64,000 nt of DNA from Planctomycetota bacterium (GCA_024275995.1 JAJRYB010000019.1:2728-66727); one strand, 5' to 3'; counted from the stretch's first letter, positions 18,559 to 29,207 are shown. Translations and numbers: made by a program. Notes: a model not told the origin generated them from the letters alone.

Positions 18559-19491
18559 ATGACTTCAACCGATAAAAGTCTTCCGGTCCACCTGATCATC
18601 AATCCGCACAGCGGGCACGGTGGAAGGAAAAGGCTCCTGTCCGGCATACGCGCCCAGTGCCGTCGCGCGGATATCGAGCTTATCGAACACACCACCACGG
18701 CGCCGGGCGACGCGACCGAATACGCCTCGTCGATCGCCGCCCAGGCTTCCGCGGCAATCGTCTGGGGCGGGGATGGAACCGTAAGCGAAGTCGCCCAGGC
18801 GCTCGCCGGGACCGACGTGCCCATTCTCCCGTGCCCGGCGGGAACGGAAAACCTCCTCGCACACGAAATGAGAATACCCAGCGATCCACACAAGATCGTC
18901 GATCTCATCAAGTTCGGGCGAATAGTCGAGTGCGACGTCGGTCGCGTCAACGGGCGAAACTTTCTGCTGATCATCGGGGTCGGATTCGACGGAGAGGTGG
19001 TTCGCCGCCTGAGCATCAGCCGGACCGGGCACATCTCGCACCTGAGCTACTTCTGGCCGATCTGGCGAACGTTCTGGGAGCACGATTTTCCACACATGAA
19101 AATTACCGCAGACGGGAAAGAAGTCTTCGACGACTTCGGGATGGCGTTCGTCGGAAACATATCCCGTTACGCCGTCGGACTGAGAATATGCCGCGACGCC
19201 GTATACGACGACGGGCTGCTGGACCTGGTCGTCTTCTCCTGCCATCGTCAGCACGCGCTGGTGTTCCACGCGGCCTGGACGCTGCTTCGCCTGCACCCAC
19301 TGAAAGGAAACGTGATATACAGACCGTTCCGGAATCTTCGCATCGAGACCGACAGGCCCGTCCCCAGCCAGGTGGACGGAGACGTTGGACCGAACACGCC
19401 GCTGGACATCGACGTGGCGCCGGAGCGGGTGAAACTGCTGGTGCCCGAGTCGAGAAACGGTTGGGGGTTCTGGCCGTGGAAAGGAAACTGA
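18559..19491 (+). CDS. Diacylglycerol kinase catalytic-domain family lipid kinase (YegS/BmrU-like)
   Basis: DAGK_cat motifs (INPHSGHG..., VWGGDGTVSEV). Confidence 0.75.
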   Translation: MTSTDKSLPVHLIINPHSGHGGRKRLLSGIRAQCRRADIELIEHTTTAPGDATEYASSIAAQASAAIVWGGDGTVSEVAQALAGTDVPILPCPAGTENLLAHEMRIPSDPHKIVDLIKFGRIVECDVGRVNGRNFLLIIGVGFDGEVVRRLSISRTGHISHLSYFWPIWRTFWEHDFPHMKITADGKEVFDDFGMAFVGNISRYAVGLRICRDAVYDDGLLDLVVFSCHRQHALVFHAAWTLLRLHPLKGNVIYRPFRNLRIETDRPVPSQVDGDVGPNTPLDIDVAPERVKLLVPESRNGWGFWPWKGN

Positions 19492-19495
19492 TATA

Positions 19496-20317
19496 ATGAC
19501 CTCTTCAACATGCAGGATAGGGACAGTTGAATTCGGCTCGTCGGAACTCGCGCTGATCGCGGGTCCGTGCATGGCCGAGGGTCTCGAAATGTGCCTGGAC
19601 ATCGCGCAATACATGAAAGACCTCTGCGAGCGTCTGGGAATCTCATACGTATTCAAGGCGAGTTTCGACAAGGCGAATCGATCCGACGGTAAGAGCTATC
19701 GCGGGCCCGGTATAGAAACGGGGCTCGACTGGCTGGCGACGGTGCGACGGAAAGTCGGCGTTCCCGTAGTTTCAGACATCCACGAACCGTCCCAGGCTTT
19801 TGCCGCGGGTGAAGTTCTGGACTGCCTCCAGATACCGGCGTTCCTCTGCCGGCAAACGGACCTGCTGATTGCCGCGGCGAAAACCGGAATGTGCGTCAAC
19901 ATCAAGAAGGGGCAGTTCATGTCCCCTCACGAAATGGAACACGCCGTCAACAAGGTCCGCCAGACGGGTAATGACAACGTCATGCTCACCGAACGCGGAA
20001 CGTTCTTCGGATACAACCGACTCGTGACGGACCTCCGCGCGATACCGCAAATGCAGCTCTTCGCGCCCGTGGTGTTCGACGCCACACATTCCGTCCAGGA
20101 GCCTGGCGGACTTGGCGGCGCTTCCGGCGGACGCCGCGAGTACGTCCCGCTGCTGGCCGGAGCGGCGATAGCCGCCGGCGCCGACGGACTGTTCATCGAA
20201 ACGCATCGGGACCCTTCCAGCGCACGATCCGACGCCGCCAGCCAGATCCCGCTCGACGAAATGGAGTCCGTCCTCAAGCGGTGCGTCGCCATCCGCAACG
20301 CAATCAGTAAGAAATGA
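19496..20317 (+). CDS. kdsA: 3-deoxy-8-phosphooctulonate synthase (KDO8P synthase)
   Basis: LIAGPCMAE..., KASFDKANRS, GVPVVSDIHE, KKGQFMSP and FDATHSVQ motifs are present. Its end overlaps the tgt start by 4 nt. Confidence 0.9.
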   Translation: MTSSTCRIGTVEFGSSELALIAGPCMAEGLEMCLDIAQYMKDLCERLGISYVFKASFDKANRSDGKSYRGPGIETGLDWLATVRRKVGVPVVSDIHEPSQAFAAGEVLDCLQIPAFLCRQTDLLIAAAKTGMCVNIKKGQFMSPHEMEHAVNKVRQTGNDNVMLTERGTFFGYNRLVTDLRAIPQMQLFAPVVFDATHSVQEPGGLGGASGGRREYVPLLAGAAIAAGADGLFIETHRDPSSARSDAASQIPLDEMESVLKRCVAIRNAISKK

Positions 20318-21489
20318 CCCGCGATCAACCGATGCTCTCCTTCGAAGTCATCCATTCCGACGGGAACGCCCGCACCGCCAGGCTGCTCACGCCGCATGGA
20401 CAGGTGAACACTCCTGCCTTCATGCCCGTGGGAACCGCCGGCAGCGTTAAGGGCGTCGCGCCGGACCGCCTGCGCGAGAGCGGCGCCCAGATGATCCTCG
20501 GCAATACATATCACCTCATGCTGCGTCCCGGTGCAGCCGTCGTCGAGCAGTTGGGCGGGCTGCACGCGATGATGGCGTGGGAGAAACCGATACTCACCGA
20601 CAGCGGCGGCTACCAGGTTTTCTCGCTGTCGCATCGCCGGACGATCGACGAGGACGGCGTCGTGTTCCGTTCGCACATCGACGGGGCCCGGGTCAGACTG
20701 ACCCCCGAAAGCTGCATGTCGATCCAGCGATCGTTGGGCGCGGACGTAATAATGCAACTGGACGAGTGCCCGCCCGGTTGCGCCGACCGCCGGGAAGTCC
20801 AGGCCGCCGTCCGCCGCAGCGCCGAATGGGCAAGGCGATGCAAGCAGGCATGGATCGACGCCGGATGCCTGTCGGCCGGGGGAAACTACCAGGCGCTGTT
20901 CGGTATCCAGCAGGGCGGCTCGTCGGTCGATCTTCGCGGCGAATCGTCCAGCCGGCTTGTCGAGTTGGACCTGCCCGGATACGCGATCGGCGGGCTTAGC
21001 GTCGGCGAAGGTCACGAGGCGATGTGCGACGTGCTAGCCGCTACGTCCGACCAACTGCCCGCGGACCGTCCACGCTACCTCATGGGCGTCGGCGAACCGC
21101 GCGACATGCTCGCCGCCGTCGCTTGCGGAGTGGACATGTTCGATTGTGTCCTTCCGACGCGAAATGGGCGCAACGCACAGGCGTTCACCTGGCAAGGCCG
21201 CCTCCGGCTCCGTAACGCGCGATGGATTTCCGATAGAAGCCCCATCGACGAGGGGTGTGACTGCTACGCCTGTCGAAACTTTTCCAGAGGAACGATGCGC
21301 CATCTTTTCCTTGCCGGGGAAATGCTCGCTCCCACGCTGGTGAGCGTCCATAACCTTCATTTTTTCTCGCAATTCATGTCGGAAATCCGAAATGCGATCT
21401 CGCGGGGCGAGCTTGCCAAACGCAGCCGGGCCTGGCAAGACGCCCTGTACGCCCGGAACGACTGCGAGAACGCCGATGATTGCGATTGA
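20314..21489 (+). CDS. tgt: Queuine tRNA-ribosyltransferase
   Basis: TPAFMPVGT, GNTYHL, LTDSGGYQVFSL and GIQQGG motifs. Zinc site CxCxxC...H (CDCYACRNFSRGTMRHL). Confidence 0.9.
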   Translation: MTRDQPMLSFEVIHSDGNARTARLLTPHGQVNTPAFMPVGTAGSVKGVAPDRLRESGAQMILGNTYHLMLRPGAAVVEQLGGLHAMMAWEKPILTDSGGYQVFSLSHRRTIDEDGVVFRSHIDGARVRLTPESCMSIQRSLGADVIMQLDECPPGCADRREVQAAVRRSAEWARRCKQAWIDAGCLSAGGNYQALFGIQQGGSSVDLRGESSSRLVELDLPGYAIGGLSVGEGHEAMCDVLAATSDQLPADRPRYLMGVGEPRDMLAAVACGVDMFDCVLPTRNGRNAQAFTWQGRLRLRNARWISDRSPIDEGCDCYACRNFSRGTMRHLFLAGEMLAPTLVSVHNLHFFSQFMSEIRNAISRGELAKRSRAWQDALYARNDCENADDCD

Positions 21490-21567
21490 CCCGACCGGCG
21501 AAATCACGCATAATTCCCGGCCCTGAACAGACCCAACCAACACAACGAAAGAGAAAGGAACACCGAT

Positions 21568-22086
21568 ATGCGTAAGTCGATACTGATCAGCCTGACACTG
21601 ATTGCGATCATGGGTATTTCTTCCGCAGCCGTTGCCGACGGCGAAGACGCCGGCGACGGTCTTCGCCCCACTACGCCGCGGGAAGGCGATCAGCCGGCAG
21701 CTACCGACACGCCCGAAGGCGACACGGATAAAGCAACGAACGAAGGCGAAGGCGACGGCCCCCAAAAACCGGGTGGTGGCGGCGGACTCTTCGGCGGTGG
21801 GAACAGCATGATCTTCATCATGCTCGGCGGGTTCGTGCTGCTGATGTTCCTCATGAGCCGCGGTAACAAGAAACGCGAAGCCAAGCGCCGTGCGCTGCTG
21901 AACAGTCTCAAGAAGGGCGACAAGGTCTCGACGATCGGCGGAATCGTGGGAACTGTCGTTGAACTGCGCGAAAACGAAGTTACGCTCAAGGTCGACGAGA
22001 ACAATAATATCCGCATGAAGTTCCTGCGCCGGGCGATCAGCAGTGTCGGAGGAGCCGGGGACCAGGTAGGCATGGATAACAAGTAG
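21568..22086 (+). CDS. yajC: Preprotein translocase subunit YajC (with an acidic Gly/Asp-rich N-terminal extension)
   Basis: C-terminal YajC core (IFIMLGGFVLLMFLMSRGNKKREAKRRALLNSLKKGDKVSTIGGIVGTVVEL). Conserved tgt-yajC synteny. Confidence 0.8.
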   Translation: MRKSILISLTLIAIMGISSAAVADGEDAGDGLRPTTPREGDQPAATDTPEGDTDKATNEGEGDGPQKPGGGGGLFGGGNSMIFIMLGGFVLLMFLMSRGNKKREAKRRALLNSLKKGDKVSTIGGIVGTVVELRENEVTLKVDENNNIRMKFLRRAISSVGGAGDQVGMDNK

Positions 22087-22107
22087 GCGGCAAAAGGCAT
22101 CGGGCAA

Positions 22108-22145
22108 CCCCTCGACGGCGTCAGGGGCAAGCTCTTTCTTTCCCG
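22108..22145 (+). terminator. Candidate intrinsic terminator after yajC (cccctcgac-ggc-gtcagggg, then a CU-rich tract)
   Basis: Hairpin with one bulge read directly. It is followed by caagctctttctttcc. Confidence 0.35.
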
Positions 22146-22172
22146 AGCGCAGAAAACATCATTTATGGCAAT

Positions 22173-22335
22173 CTAGAGCGTTTTAGAAAAGGTTGTCGTC
22201 ATGTGCGTCAGTGAGGACGAGGCTGGCAAGGAAGACGAAGCAGGCAACCCCGTAGGGTTTCCGATGCAGTCTGACGTAGCCGGCCGACGCCGCAACCAGA
22301 ACATGACGACAAGATTTTTGTAAAGTGCTCTAAGA
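22173..22335. ncRNA. Candidate structured RNA: a long imperfect hairpin of about 160 nt. The outer arms ctagagcgttttagaaaaggttgtcgtcatgt and acatgacgacaagatttttgtaaagtgctctaag pair. Inner cgtcag/ctgacg pairing and an apical aacccc-gtag-gggttt hairpin are present. Strand is undetermined.
   Basis: Extended complementarity of 32 nt with mismatches, read directly. It sits in a non-coding gap of about 350 bp between the convergent yajC and leuB-like genes. The architecture (closing stem, internal loops, apical hairpin) is reminiscent of 6S-RNA-like molecules, but this is not established. Confidence 0.25.
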
Positions 22336-22360
22336 AAGACATGGCGGAACCGCGGATTTC

Positions 22361-22380
22361 TCGGCCCCTGTTTGCAGGGG
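22361..22380 (-). terminator. Perfect 8-bp hairpin ggcccctg-tttg-caggggcc downstream of the leuB-like gene
   Basis: Read directly. There is no strong U-run. Confidence 0.3.
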
Positions 22381-22437
22381 CCGGGCTGTCCCGTCAATAC
22401 GTCATCTCTATCGTAAAATGCTGTAAACTCGCATTTT

Positions 22438-23538
22438 TCACTCCGCCGAGGCGACGGCCTGTGCAACAAGATCGCCGACTTCGGTGGTGCTGAAGCCCAT
22501 CTTTCGGGCGGCCTGGCTTTTCATCTTCGGGGTGGTTGCGACGATGGCAGCTTCCACCCGCTCGCCCGCCTCGACGAGTTTCGCATCGGACGTATTGTTT
22601 CCGGTCTCTCTTAACAGCATCGCAAGCGCGCCGATAGCGGCGATCGGATTAATCACGTTCAGGCCGGTATACTTCGGGGCGGACCCGCCGATCGGTTCGA
22701 ACATGCTCACGCCGGAAGGGTTGATATTTCCCCCCGCCGCGACGCCCATACCGCCCTGGATCATGGCGCCGAGGTCGGTGATGATGTCCCCGAACATGTT
22801 GCACACGACGATCGTGTCGTAGTATTCCGGATTCTTGACGAACCACATGCAGCAGGCGTCTACGTGGTTGTAATCCTTCTCGATATCCGGGTATTCCCCG
22901 CCGACCTCGTTGAACGCGCGCCACCACAGGTCGTGGGCGAAGGTCAGGACGTTCGTCTTGGCGACCAGTGTAAGGCGTTTCTTGTCGTTGCGGCGTCTGC
23001 ACAGCTCGAAGGCGTAGCGAATCGCGCGTTCCACGCCGGCGCGTGTGTTACACATTACCTGCGTGGCTACCTCGTTGGGCGTGTCCTTGTACTGTATGCC
23101 GCCCATCCCGGTATAAAGCCCCTCGGTGTTTTCGCGGATCACGACGAAGTCGATGTCATCCGGACCTTTGTCCTTCAGGGGGGTATAGACGTTCGGATAC
23201 AGTTTCACCGGACGCAGGTTTACGTACTGGTCCAGTTCGAAACGCAGCTTCAGCAGCAGCCCCTTTTCGAGGATGCCCGGCGCAACGTCGGGGTGTCCTA
23301 CCGCGCCGAGGTAGATCGCGTCGAACGTCTTGAGCCGGGCGATTTCCTCGTCGCTGATGATGGGAATCGACGCTGCCCGCGGATCGCCCCCTGCCTGGAG
23401 GTAGCGATCGCCGCTGACGTTGAAATCCGTCGTCGTATATTCGAAGCCGACCTTTTCCGAGACGGCCTGGAGAACCTTCAATCCCTCGGCGACAACTTCC
23501 GGTCCCGTTCCGTCGCCACCGATAACCGCGATATTCAT
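22438..23538 (-). CDS. leuB: 3-isopropylmalate dehydrogenase / isocitrate-homoisocitrate dehydrogenase family (archaeal-type LeuB-like)
   Basis: [15 protein letters not shown]..., [13 protein letters not shown] and [12 protein letters not shown] motifs are present. The exact substrate assignment is uncertain. Confidence 0.75.
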   Translation of the reverse strand: MNIAVIGGDGTGPEVVAEGLKVLQAVSEKVGFEYTTTDFNVSGDRYLQAGGDPRAASIPIISDEEIARLKTFDAIYLGAVGHPDVAPGILEKGLLLKLRFELDQYVNLRPVKLYPNVYTPLKDKGPDDIDFVVIRENTEGLYTGMGGIQYKDTPNEVATQVMCNTRAGVERAIRYAFELCRRRNDKKRLTLVAKTNVLTFAHDLWWRAFNEVGGEYPDIEKDYNHVDACCMWFVKNPEYYDTIVVCNMFGDIITDLGAMIQGGMGVAAGGNINPSGVSMFEPIGGSAPKYTGLNVINPIAAIGALAMLLRETGNNTSDAKLVEAGERVEAAIVATTPKMKSQAARKMGFSTTEVGDLVAQAVASAE

Positions 23539-24249
23539 TCCTTTTTCCTTTCGCTAGCGGCCTTGGGCAGGCCTTGGGGTCCACATGAGACAAGCGGGGT
23601 AGTTTACCGGCCGTCCGGTGCCGCAAGCAAGAGGCTTTCCGAACGGATTTGATGGGCAGGCGCCGGTGGAAACATTCGACTTTACGGCCCGCAGATTGCA
23701 ATCCGTGGGCTGTCATGCACACATGCCGCGTTTTTGTCGTGCTCCCGATCTGCGAAAAGACTGGGTTTTTGATTGACGAACGGCGTCGATTTTTGTAATT
23801 TTTCATGATTGCGAACGTTGCGTGCGTCTCATACCGCTTTGCGCCTGCCTGATCGACGCGGATTTGGAAGGTGTAGGTGGGGAATGTGCGCCGCAGGGTC
23901 AGAGGCTGTTACCGCGTGGTGACGGCTGAGTGAGTGGTTGGGTCTATCCCGATCGCGTCCGGGATCGTACGGGACGGGTCGGGAACATGGACGACGCATT
24001 CATGTGTATTGAACGACGGATGTATTCAGGCTGGGAGTCACGAGAGTGATCTCCCACCTGTCACGAGGCCGGGCCGGTGTTCGGGCATAAGCCCATGCCT
24101 GCTTCGCCGCCCGTCGGGCCCGCGGGAAGGGTCCGTGCGGGTAAGGTCTTCGGCGACGGATGGCGTGTCGCCCGACCGCCCTAGGCGCATCTGCGCCGCG
24201 GGGTGGTCTGCGGCGGGCGATTGCGCGATAAAAGCCGGGATCGGGTATG

Positions 24250-24277
24250 AAGTGGGCGAGGCGTCCACTTTTTTTGT
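24250..24277 (+). terminator. Hairpin plus a T7 tract in the nusA leader (aagtggg-cgaggcg-tccactt-ttttttt): a candidate leader terminator or attenuator
   Basis: Read directly. It is 55 bp upstream of the nusA ATG at 24331, inside an unusually long non-coding upstream region of about 790 bp. Confidence 0.4.
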
Positions 24278-24330
24278 TGGCGTCGCGGTTACGGGGTGGA
24301 CATCCGGATACGGCGAAAGAAGGACACGAT

Positions 24331-25677
24331 ATGAATCAGGAACTGGTGCGAATCGTAGAGGCGCTTGCCCGCGACAAGAACATAGATCCGGAAACGGTCT
24401 TCGAGGATATCGAGGCGGCGATGCTTTCGGCGATCCGCAAGGCGAATGCGGACACCGAGAACGCCTTCGTGCGCATCGATCGCAAGACGGGCGATATTAC
24501 CGCCGGAGTCGATGGGAAAGAAATGTCCGTGCGCCAGCTCGGACGAATTGCCGCGCAGACCGCCAAGCAGGTCATGATCCAGCGAATCCGCGAGGCTGAG
24601 CGTGGAAGCATTTTCGAGGAGTACGTCGAGCGCAAGGGTCAGATCGTCACCGGAAAATGCGGGCGTTGGGAAGGCGGCGGGTTGACGGTCGACCTGGGGC
24701 GTGCCGAAGCGGTACTCCCGCGCAGCGAGCAGATCCCCGGCGAGTCGCACCTTCCGGACGAGCGAATCCGGGCGATGGTGCTGGACGTGCGCGAGCAGCC
24801 CAGCGCGGTCAAGATAATCCTCTCCAGGACGCACCCGGACTTCATCCGGGCGCTGTTCGAGCTGGAAGTTCCGGAAGTCGCGGAGAAAATCATCGAACTC
24901 AAGATACTGGCCCGCGAGGCTGGGTATCGAACGAAGGTCGCCGTAACGAGCCTGGATTCGAAGGTCGACGCCGTCGGCGCATGCGTCGGAATTCGTGGCA
25001 GTCGCATCCGAAATATTGTGGACGAACTGGGCGGCGAGAAGATCGACATCGTCCGGTGGCACGATTCCTCGAAGATTCTCATCGCCAACTCGCTGAAGCC
25101 CGCGGAGGTGTCCGAGATCGCGCTGTGCTTCGAGCTGGGACGCGCCACGGTCGTCGTGACGGACGATCAACTGTCCCTTGCGATCGGAAAGCGCGGGCAG
25201 AACGTCCGCCTGGCGGCGAGATTGACCGGGTGGGACATCGACATCCTGACCCCCGGCGAGTTCAACACCGGCCTGGACGCCCTCGAGAAGGCGATTCGCG
25301 AGGTAGAAGGCGTCGATTCGACGATCGTCGACCAGATGATAGCGATGGGCATGGTTAACCTGCTGGACGTGGAAGAGGTCGGTCCCGATCCGCTGGTCAA
25401 CGAGTTGGAGATGGACGCTGAGTTGGCGCGGACGATCGTTCTCAAGTGCAGCCAGGAGGCCAAGAAGTTCGCCGAGCGTCAGGCGGCGGAAAAGCTCGCC
25501 AAGGAAGCGGAGGCGAAAGCCGCCGCACAGGGCGAGTCCGTCGCCGACGAGGCGGCGGAAAAGCTCGCCAAGGAAGCGGAGGCGAAAGCTGCCGCGCAGG
25601 GCGAGCCCGTCGCCGATGAGGTAGTGGAAGCCGCGCCGACCGTGGAAGTAGAAGCAGAAGATAAACAGGATTCATAG
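24331..25677 (+). CDS. nusA: Transcription termination/antitermination factor NusA
   Basis: MNQELVRIVEALARDKNIDPE... Both KH domains are present (GACVGIRGSRIRNIV, AIGKRGQNVRLAARLTGWDIDI). The ORF opens at 24247, but the start at 24331 has the RBS GAAAGAAGGA. Confidence 0.9.
   Translation: MNQELVRIVEALARDKNIDPETVFEDIEAAMLSAIRKANADTENAFVRIDRKTGDITAGVDGKEMSVRQLGRIAAQTAKQVMIQRIREAERGSIFEEYVERKGQIVTGKCGRWEGGGLTVDLGRAEAVLPRSEQIPGESHLPDERIRAMVLDVREQPSAVKIILSRTHPDFIRALFELEVPEVAEKIIELKILAREAGYRTKVAVTSLDSKVDAVGACVGIRGSRIRNIVDELGGEKIDIVRWHDSSKILIANSLKPAEVSEIALCFELGRATVVVTDDQLSLAIGKRGQNVRLAARLTGWDIDILTPGEFNTGLDALEKAIREVEGVDSTIVDQMIAMGMVNLLDVEEVGPDPLVNELEMDAELARTIVLKCSQEAKKFAERQAAEKLAKEAEAKAAAQGESVADEAAEKLAKEAEAKAAAQGEPVADEVVEAAPTVEVEAEDKQDS
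25484..25621 (+). repeat. Tandem 69-bp duplication inside the nusA 3' end, encoding AAEKLAKEAEAKAAAQGE(S/P)VADE twice
   Basis: The two 69-nt units differ at 4 positions, read directly. Confidence 0.8.
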
Positions 25678-25777
25678 AAGACCGGGCCGATTACAGGCCC
25701 GCAGGCTCGATGCGGATCGGCTGGGCGTACCGGCCGGGACGACCTGAGGGCCGTATTGCAGATGCCGGGAGAGTTCC

Positions 25778-28453
25778 TTGGCGAAGCGCATATTTGAATT
25801 AGCACGCGAGTTGGACGTCACGAGCAAGGTCGTTCTCACGAAATGCCGTGCCGAAGGCCTGGACATCAAGAACCACATGTCCACCCTCTCGGCCGGTCTG
25901 GAAGCGACGATATGCGAGTGGTTTTCGGACTCAGCCGACCAGCACACAGCCGTCGAGACATCGGAGCACGTAGACCTCGAGGAGGCTCGTGCGGCCGCGA
26001 AGAAGGCGCGTCGGCGCCGGAAGAAAAAGGACGAGCCTGCGGACATCGAGGTCAAGCCCGTCGATGAAAGCGAAGCTGCCCTCGCCGAAGCGCCCGCCGC
26101 GGAGGTGGACGCATCGCTGCAATCCGCGCCGGGGGTGGAAGTCGAATCGCCCGCGGAACAACCCGCCGAGCCTGCCGAGCTCGTTGCCGCCGGAACGGAC
26201 GAGACGCAGGTTCCGGAAGCCACGGAAGAACTCCCCCAGGTCGAGTCGGAAGAGGAGGCCGAACCTGAAGAGGAAGTCAAACCCGAAAACGTCAAGCCCG
26301 CCGGTCCGCAGGTGGTCCCCAAGCCCGCGATGATGAAAGGCCCGCGCGTGGTGCGCGTGGAAAAACCGGATTATGTGTCTCGCCCGCAGCGCCGCGAGGT
26401 AGCGATCCCGATCGGACAGGATCCGGGAACGTTTTCGTCCAAGACCACGCGGCGCGGAAAAAGTCTCCAGCAATCGCGCGACGAGGACGAATCCGATCGC
26501 AAGGGCACCAAGCGTCGCAGTCCGCGCAGGCGTGGCGGTCGTAGCGGTGACAGCGGTGGAAAGGCGCACAAATGGCGCGACGCCGACCTTGCGGAGCGTT
26601 CCGAGAGGCTCGCGGCCGCCTCCGGCGGTTCGCTGCGGCGACGGCGTGCTTCGGTACGCCGGGCGCCGGGCATGGGAGCGAACACAAAGTCCGGAAAGGT
26701 CGAGGTCAGCGCGCCTATCACCATCAAGAACCTTTCGTCCGCGACGGGTATCAAGGCGGCTGAATTCATCAAGAAACTCATGGCGCAGGGCACGATGGCG
26801 ACGGTCAACCAGGTGATCGATCGCGAGACCGCCGAGGCGCTTGTCCTGGATTACGAGATCGACCTTGTCATCACCGGCGCCGAGAGCAACGAGGACCAAC
26901 TGCTCGATCAGCTCGATTCGCGGGTCAAGGGTGAAATGACGCCTCGCGCCCCGGTAGTTACGTTCCTCGGACACGTGGACCACGGAAAAACGTCGCTGCT
27001 GGACAGTATACGCAACACGGAAGTAGCCGGCGGAGAAGCTGGTGGAATAACGCAGCACATCGGCGCGTATCGTTACGATAAGGACGACGTGCACGTGGTG
27101 TTCCTGGACACGCCCGGTCACGAGGCCTTCACAGCCATGCGCGCCCGCGGCGCCAACATGACCGACGTCGTGGTGCTCGTGGTGGCCGCGGACGACGGGG
27201 TAATGCCACAGACCATCGAAGCTATCAGCCACGCCAAGGCAGCGGAGGTTCCCATCGTCGTGGCGCTGAACAAGATCGACCTGTCGAACGCCAACATACA
27301 GCGTGCGATGGGACAGCTCGCCGAGCACGGACTCAATCCCCGCGAATGGGGAGGCGATGTCGAGGTCATCAAGACAAGCGCCGCCAGCGGCGAAGGCGTC
27401 CAGGAACTGCTCGAACTGTTAAGCCTGGAAGCGGAGCTTCTGGAGCTCAAGGCCGAGCAAGACGCACCGGCGACGGGGTTCGTTATCGAAGCGGAGATGG
27501 ACCCGTCGCGCGGCGTCGTGGCGCGCCTGCTGGTGCGCAACGGCACGCTGAAGATCGGTGATATTGTCCTGGCGGGCAAATCGCACGGGCGGATACGCCA
27601 GATGAAAGACAGTAAAGGCCACACCATCACCGAGGCGCCCCCGTCGACGCCGGTGGAGGTTTCAGGCCTGGACGAGGTCCCCGAAGCGGGCGATAAGTTC
27701 CACGTTCTGGAAAACCTGGAGCGGGCGCGTCGCGTGGTACAAGAGCGTCGTGACGCCGCACGCGCACAGACGCTTGCCAGCGCCCCCGCCGCCCTGACGC
27801 TGGAAGGCCTGCTCAGCCAGATCGAGGCGTCCGAGCGAACGGAGCTTCCGCTGATTATCAAGGCGGACGTTCAAGGCTCGCTGGAAGCGTTGAGAGGATC
27901 GCTGGAGAAACTCGGCTCCGACGAAGTCCGCGTTAAAATACTGCAGGCGAGCGTCGGAGGTATCACGGTCGGCGACGTTACGCTCGCCGAAGCGTCGGAT
28001 GCCATTATCGTCGGTTTCAACGTAGTCCCCGATGCCTCCGCGCGCCGGCAGGCGGAAGCTTCCGGCGTGGAGATTCGCCTCTACCGCGTGATCTACGACC
28101 TTACGGAAGACATTCGCAAGGCGCTGGAAGAAGGCCTGACGCCGGAGATTCGAGAGGAGACGCTTGGACGCGCCGAGGTGCGCCAGACGTTCAAGGTCTC
28201 CCGTGTCGGAACGATCGCCGGATGCTACGTCACGGACGGAACCATTACACGCAACGCGAAGTTGCGCGTTATCCGGGACAGCGTGGTGATCGCCGACGAG
28301 CGGACGCTGGAGAGTCTCAAGCGGTTCAAGGACGACGTTCGCGAAGTGCGAAACGACATGGAGTGCGGCCTGAAGATCGCGGGTTACGACGACGTGAAGG
28401 AAGGCGACCAGCTCGAATTCTACCACCAGGTCGAAATAGCGCGCCGGTTGTAG
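25778..28453 (+). CDS. infB: Translation initiation factor IF-2 (TTG start)
   Basis: N-terminal [19 protein letters not shown] is the IF2 N-domain. G-domain motifs are present ([24 protein letters not shown]). The linker is long, acidic and Ala/Glu/Pro-rich. Confidence 0.9.
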   Translation: MAKRIFELARELDVTSKVVLTKCRAEGLDIKNHMSTLSAGLEATICEWFSDSADQHTAVETSEHVDLEEARAAAKKARRRRKKKDEPADIEVKPVDESEAALAEAPAAEVDASLQSAPGVEVESPAEQPAEPAELVAAGTDETQVPEATEELPQVESEEEAEPEEEVKPENVKPAGPQVVPKPAMMKGPRVVRVEKPDYVSRPQRREVAIPIGQDPGTFSSKTTRRGKSLQQSRDEDESDRKGTKRRSPRRRGGRSGDSGGKAHKWRDADLAERSERLAAASGGSLRRRRASVRRAPGMGANTKSGKVEVSAPITIKNLSSATGIKAAEFIKKLMAQGTMATVNQVIDRETAEALVLDYEIDLVITGAESNEDQLLDQLDSRVKGEMTPRAPVVTFLGHVDHGKTSLLDSIRNTEVAGGEAGGITQHIGAYRYDKDDVHVVFLDTPGHEAFTAMRARGANMTDVVVLVVAADDGVMPQTIEAISHAKAAEVPIVVALNKIDLSNANIQRAMGQLAEHGLNPREWGGDVEVIKTSAASGEGVQELLELLSLEAELLELKAEQDAPATGFVIEAEMDPSRGVVARLLVRNGTLKIGDIVLAGKSHGRIRQMKDSKGHTITEAPPSTPVEVSGLDEVPEAGDKFHVLENLERARRVVQERRDAARAQTLASAPAALTLEGLLSQIEASERTELPLIIKADVQGSLEALRGSLEKLGSDEVRVKILQASVGGITVGDVTLAEASDAIIVGFNVVPDASARRQAEASGVEIRLYRVIYDLTEDIRKALEEGLTPEIREETLGRAEVRQTFKVSRVGTIAGCYVTDGTITRNAKLRVIRDSVVIADERTLESLKRFKDDVREVRNDMECGLKIAGYDDVKEGDQLEFYHQVEIARRL

Positions 28454-28475
28454 CAGTACCAGGGAGACCCCCGCC

Positions 28476-28763
28476 ATGGCGACGATCGTTGGACTGGTGC
28501 ATCTGAGGCTTTACGTGGCGCAGGCATCGAGCCTGAAGGACAAGCGGCGCGTCCTGAAAAGCTTCAAGGATCGCACGAGCAACCGGAACAACGTATCGAT
28601 CGCCGAAGTAGGCGAGCAGGATTCCCTCCGACGGTCGGTATTGGCGCTGACGATGGTCGGAAGCGACAGGAGATACGTCGAGGGCGCCTTGCAGAAAATT
28701 GTCAATACCGCCGCGGCGCACCGGGACATGGTCCTCGTGGAACACGAGATCGCCTGGTTGTAA
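28476..28763 (+). CDS. DUF503 family protein (YlxP-like), in the conserved position between infB and rbfA
   Basis: 95 aa. It begins GLVHLRLYVAQASSLKDKRRVLKSFKDR (the DUF503 pattern) and is placed as expected in synteny. Confidence 0.75.
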   Translation: MATIVGLVHLRLYVAQASSLKDKRRVLKSFKDRTSNRNNVSIAEVGEQDSLRRSVLALTMVGSDRRYVEGALQKIVNTAAAHRDMVLVEHEIAWL

Positions 28764-28784
28764 TGCGATATAGAGAAACGCAGG

Positions 28785-29207
28785 ATGAACCGCAGAACCG
28801 AACGAATCGGCAGCCTGATCCGACAGATCATCGGAGAGATGCTGCTATCGAAATTTTCCGATCCCCGCGTCGATCCGGCGCTGACGAGCGTAACGAGCGT
28901 AGAAATCGCCGAGGATTTGCTGACGGCACGGGTGTATGTTTCGATTTTAGACACGCCCCCCCGCCAACGCAGCGCCATCCGGGCGCTGAAAGGCGCGCGC
29001 GGATTCTTCCAGAAACGCCTGGGCCAACAGATGCGGCTGCGCCATACGCCGACGCTGGAATTCGAACTGGACACGAAACTGAAGAAGACGCTGGAGACGC
29101 TGCAACTGATCCAGCAGGCGACGGACGAGATCCGGCAGAAGGAGCAACAGGCTCCGAGTTGCCCCCAGGCCGTCGAAGACGCACCGACAAGTCCTCCCGA
29201 GCGTTGA
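28785..29207 (+). CDS. rbfA: Ribosome-binding factor A (with a C-terminal extension)
   Basis: RIGSLIRQIIGEML....DPRV...TSVTSVEIAEDLLTARVYVSIL is the RbfA core. Confidence 0.85.
   Translation: MNRRTERIGSLIRQIIGEMLLSKFSDPRVDPALTSVTSVEIAEDLLTARVYVSILDTPPRQRSAIRALKGARGFFQKRLGQQMRLRHTPTLEFELDTKLKKTLETLQLIQQATDEIRQKEQQAPSCPQAVEDAPTSPPER

Noticed and set aside
24247-24330. Upstream extension of nusA (MKWARRPLFLLASRL...) from the ATG at 24247
   Set aside because: The extension contains the hairpin-T7 terminator-like element and lacks an RBS. The conserved NusA N-terminus begins at MNQELVRIV (24331), which has a good RBS.
25484-25621. Direct repeats in the nusA 3' end considered as a possible CRISPR-like or mini-satellite array
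   Set aside because: There are only two units, they are in-frame inside a conserved gene, and they encode a duplicated peptide. There are no spacers and no cas genes.
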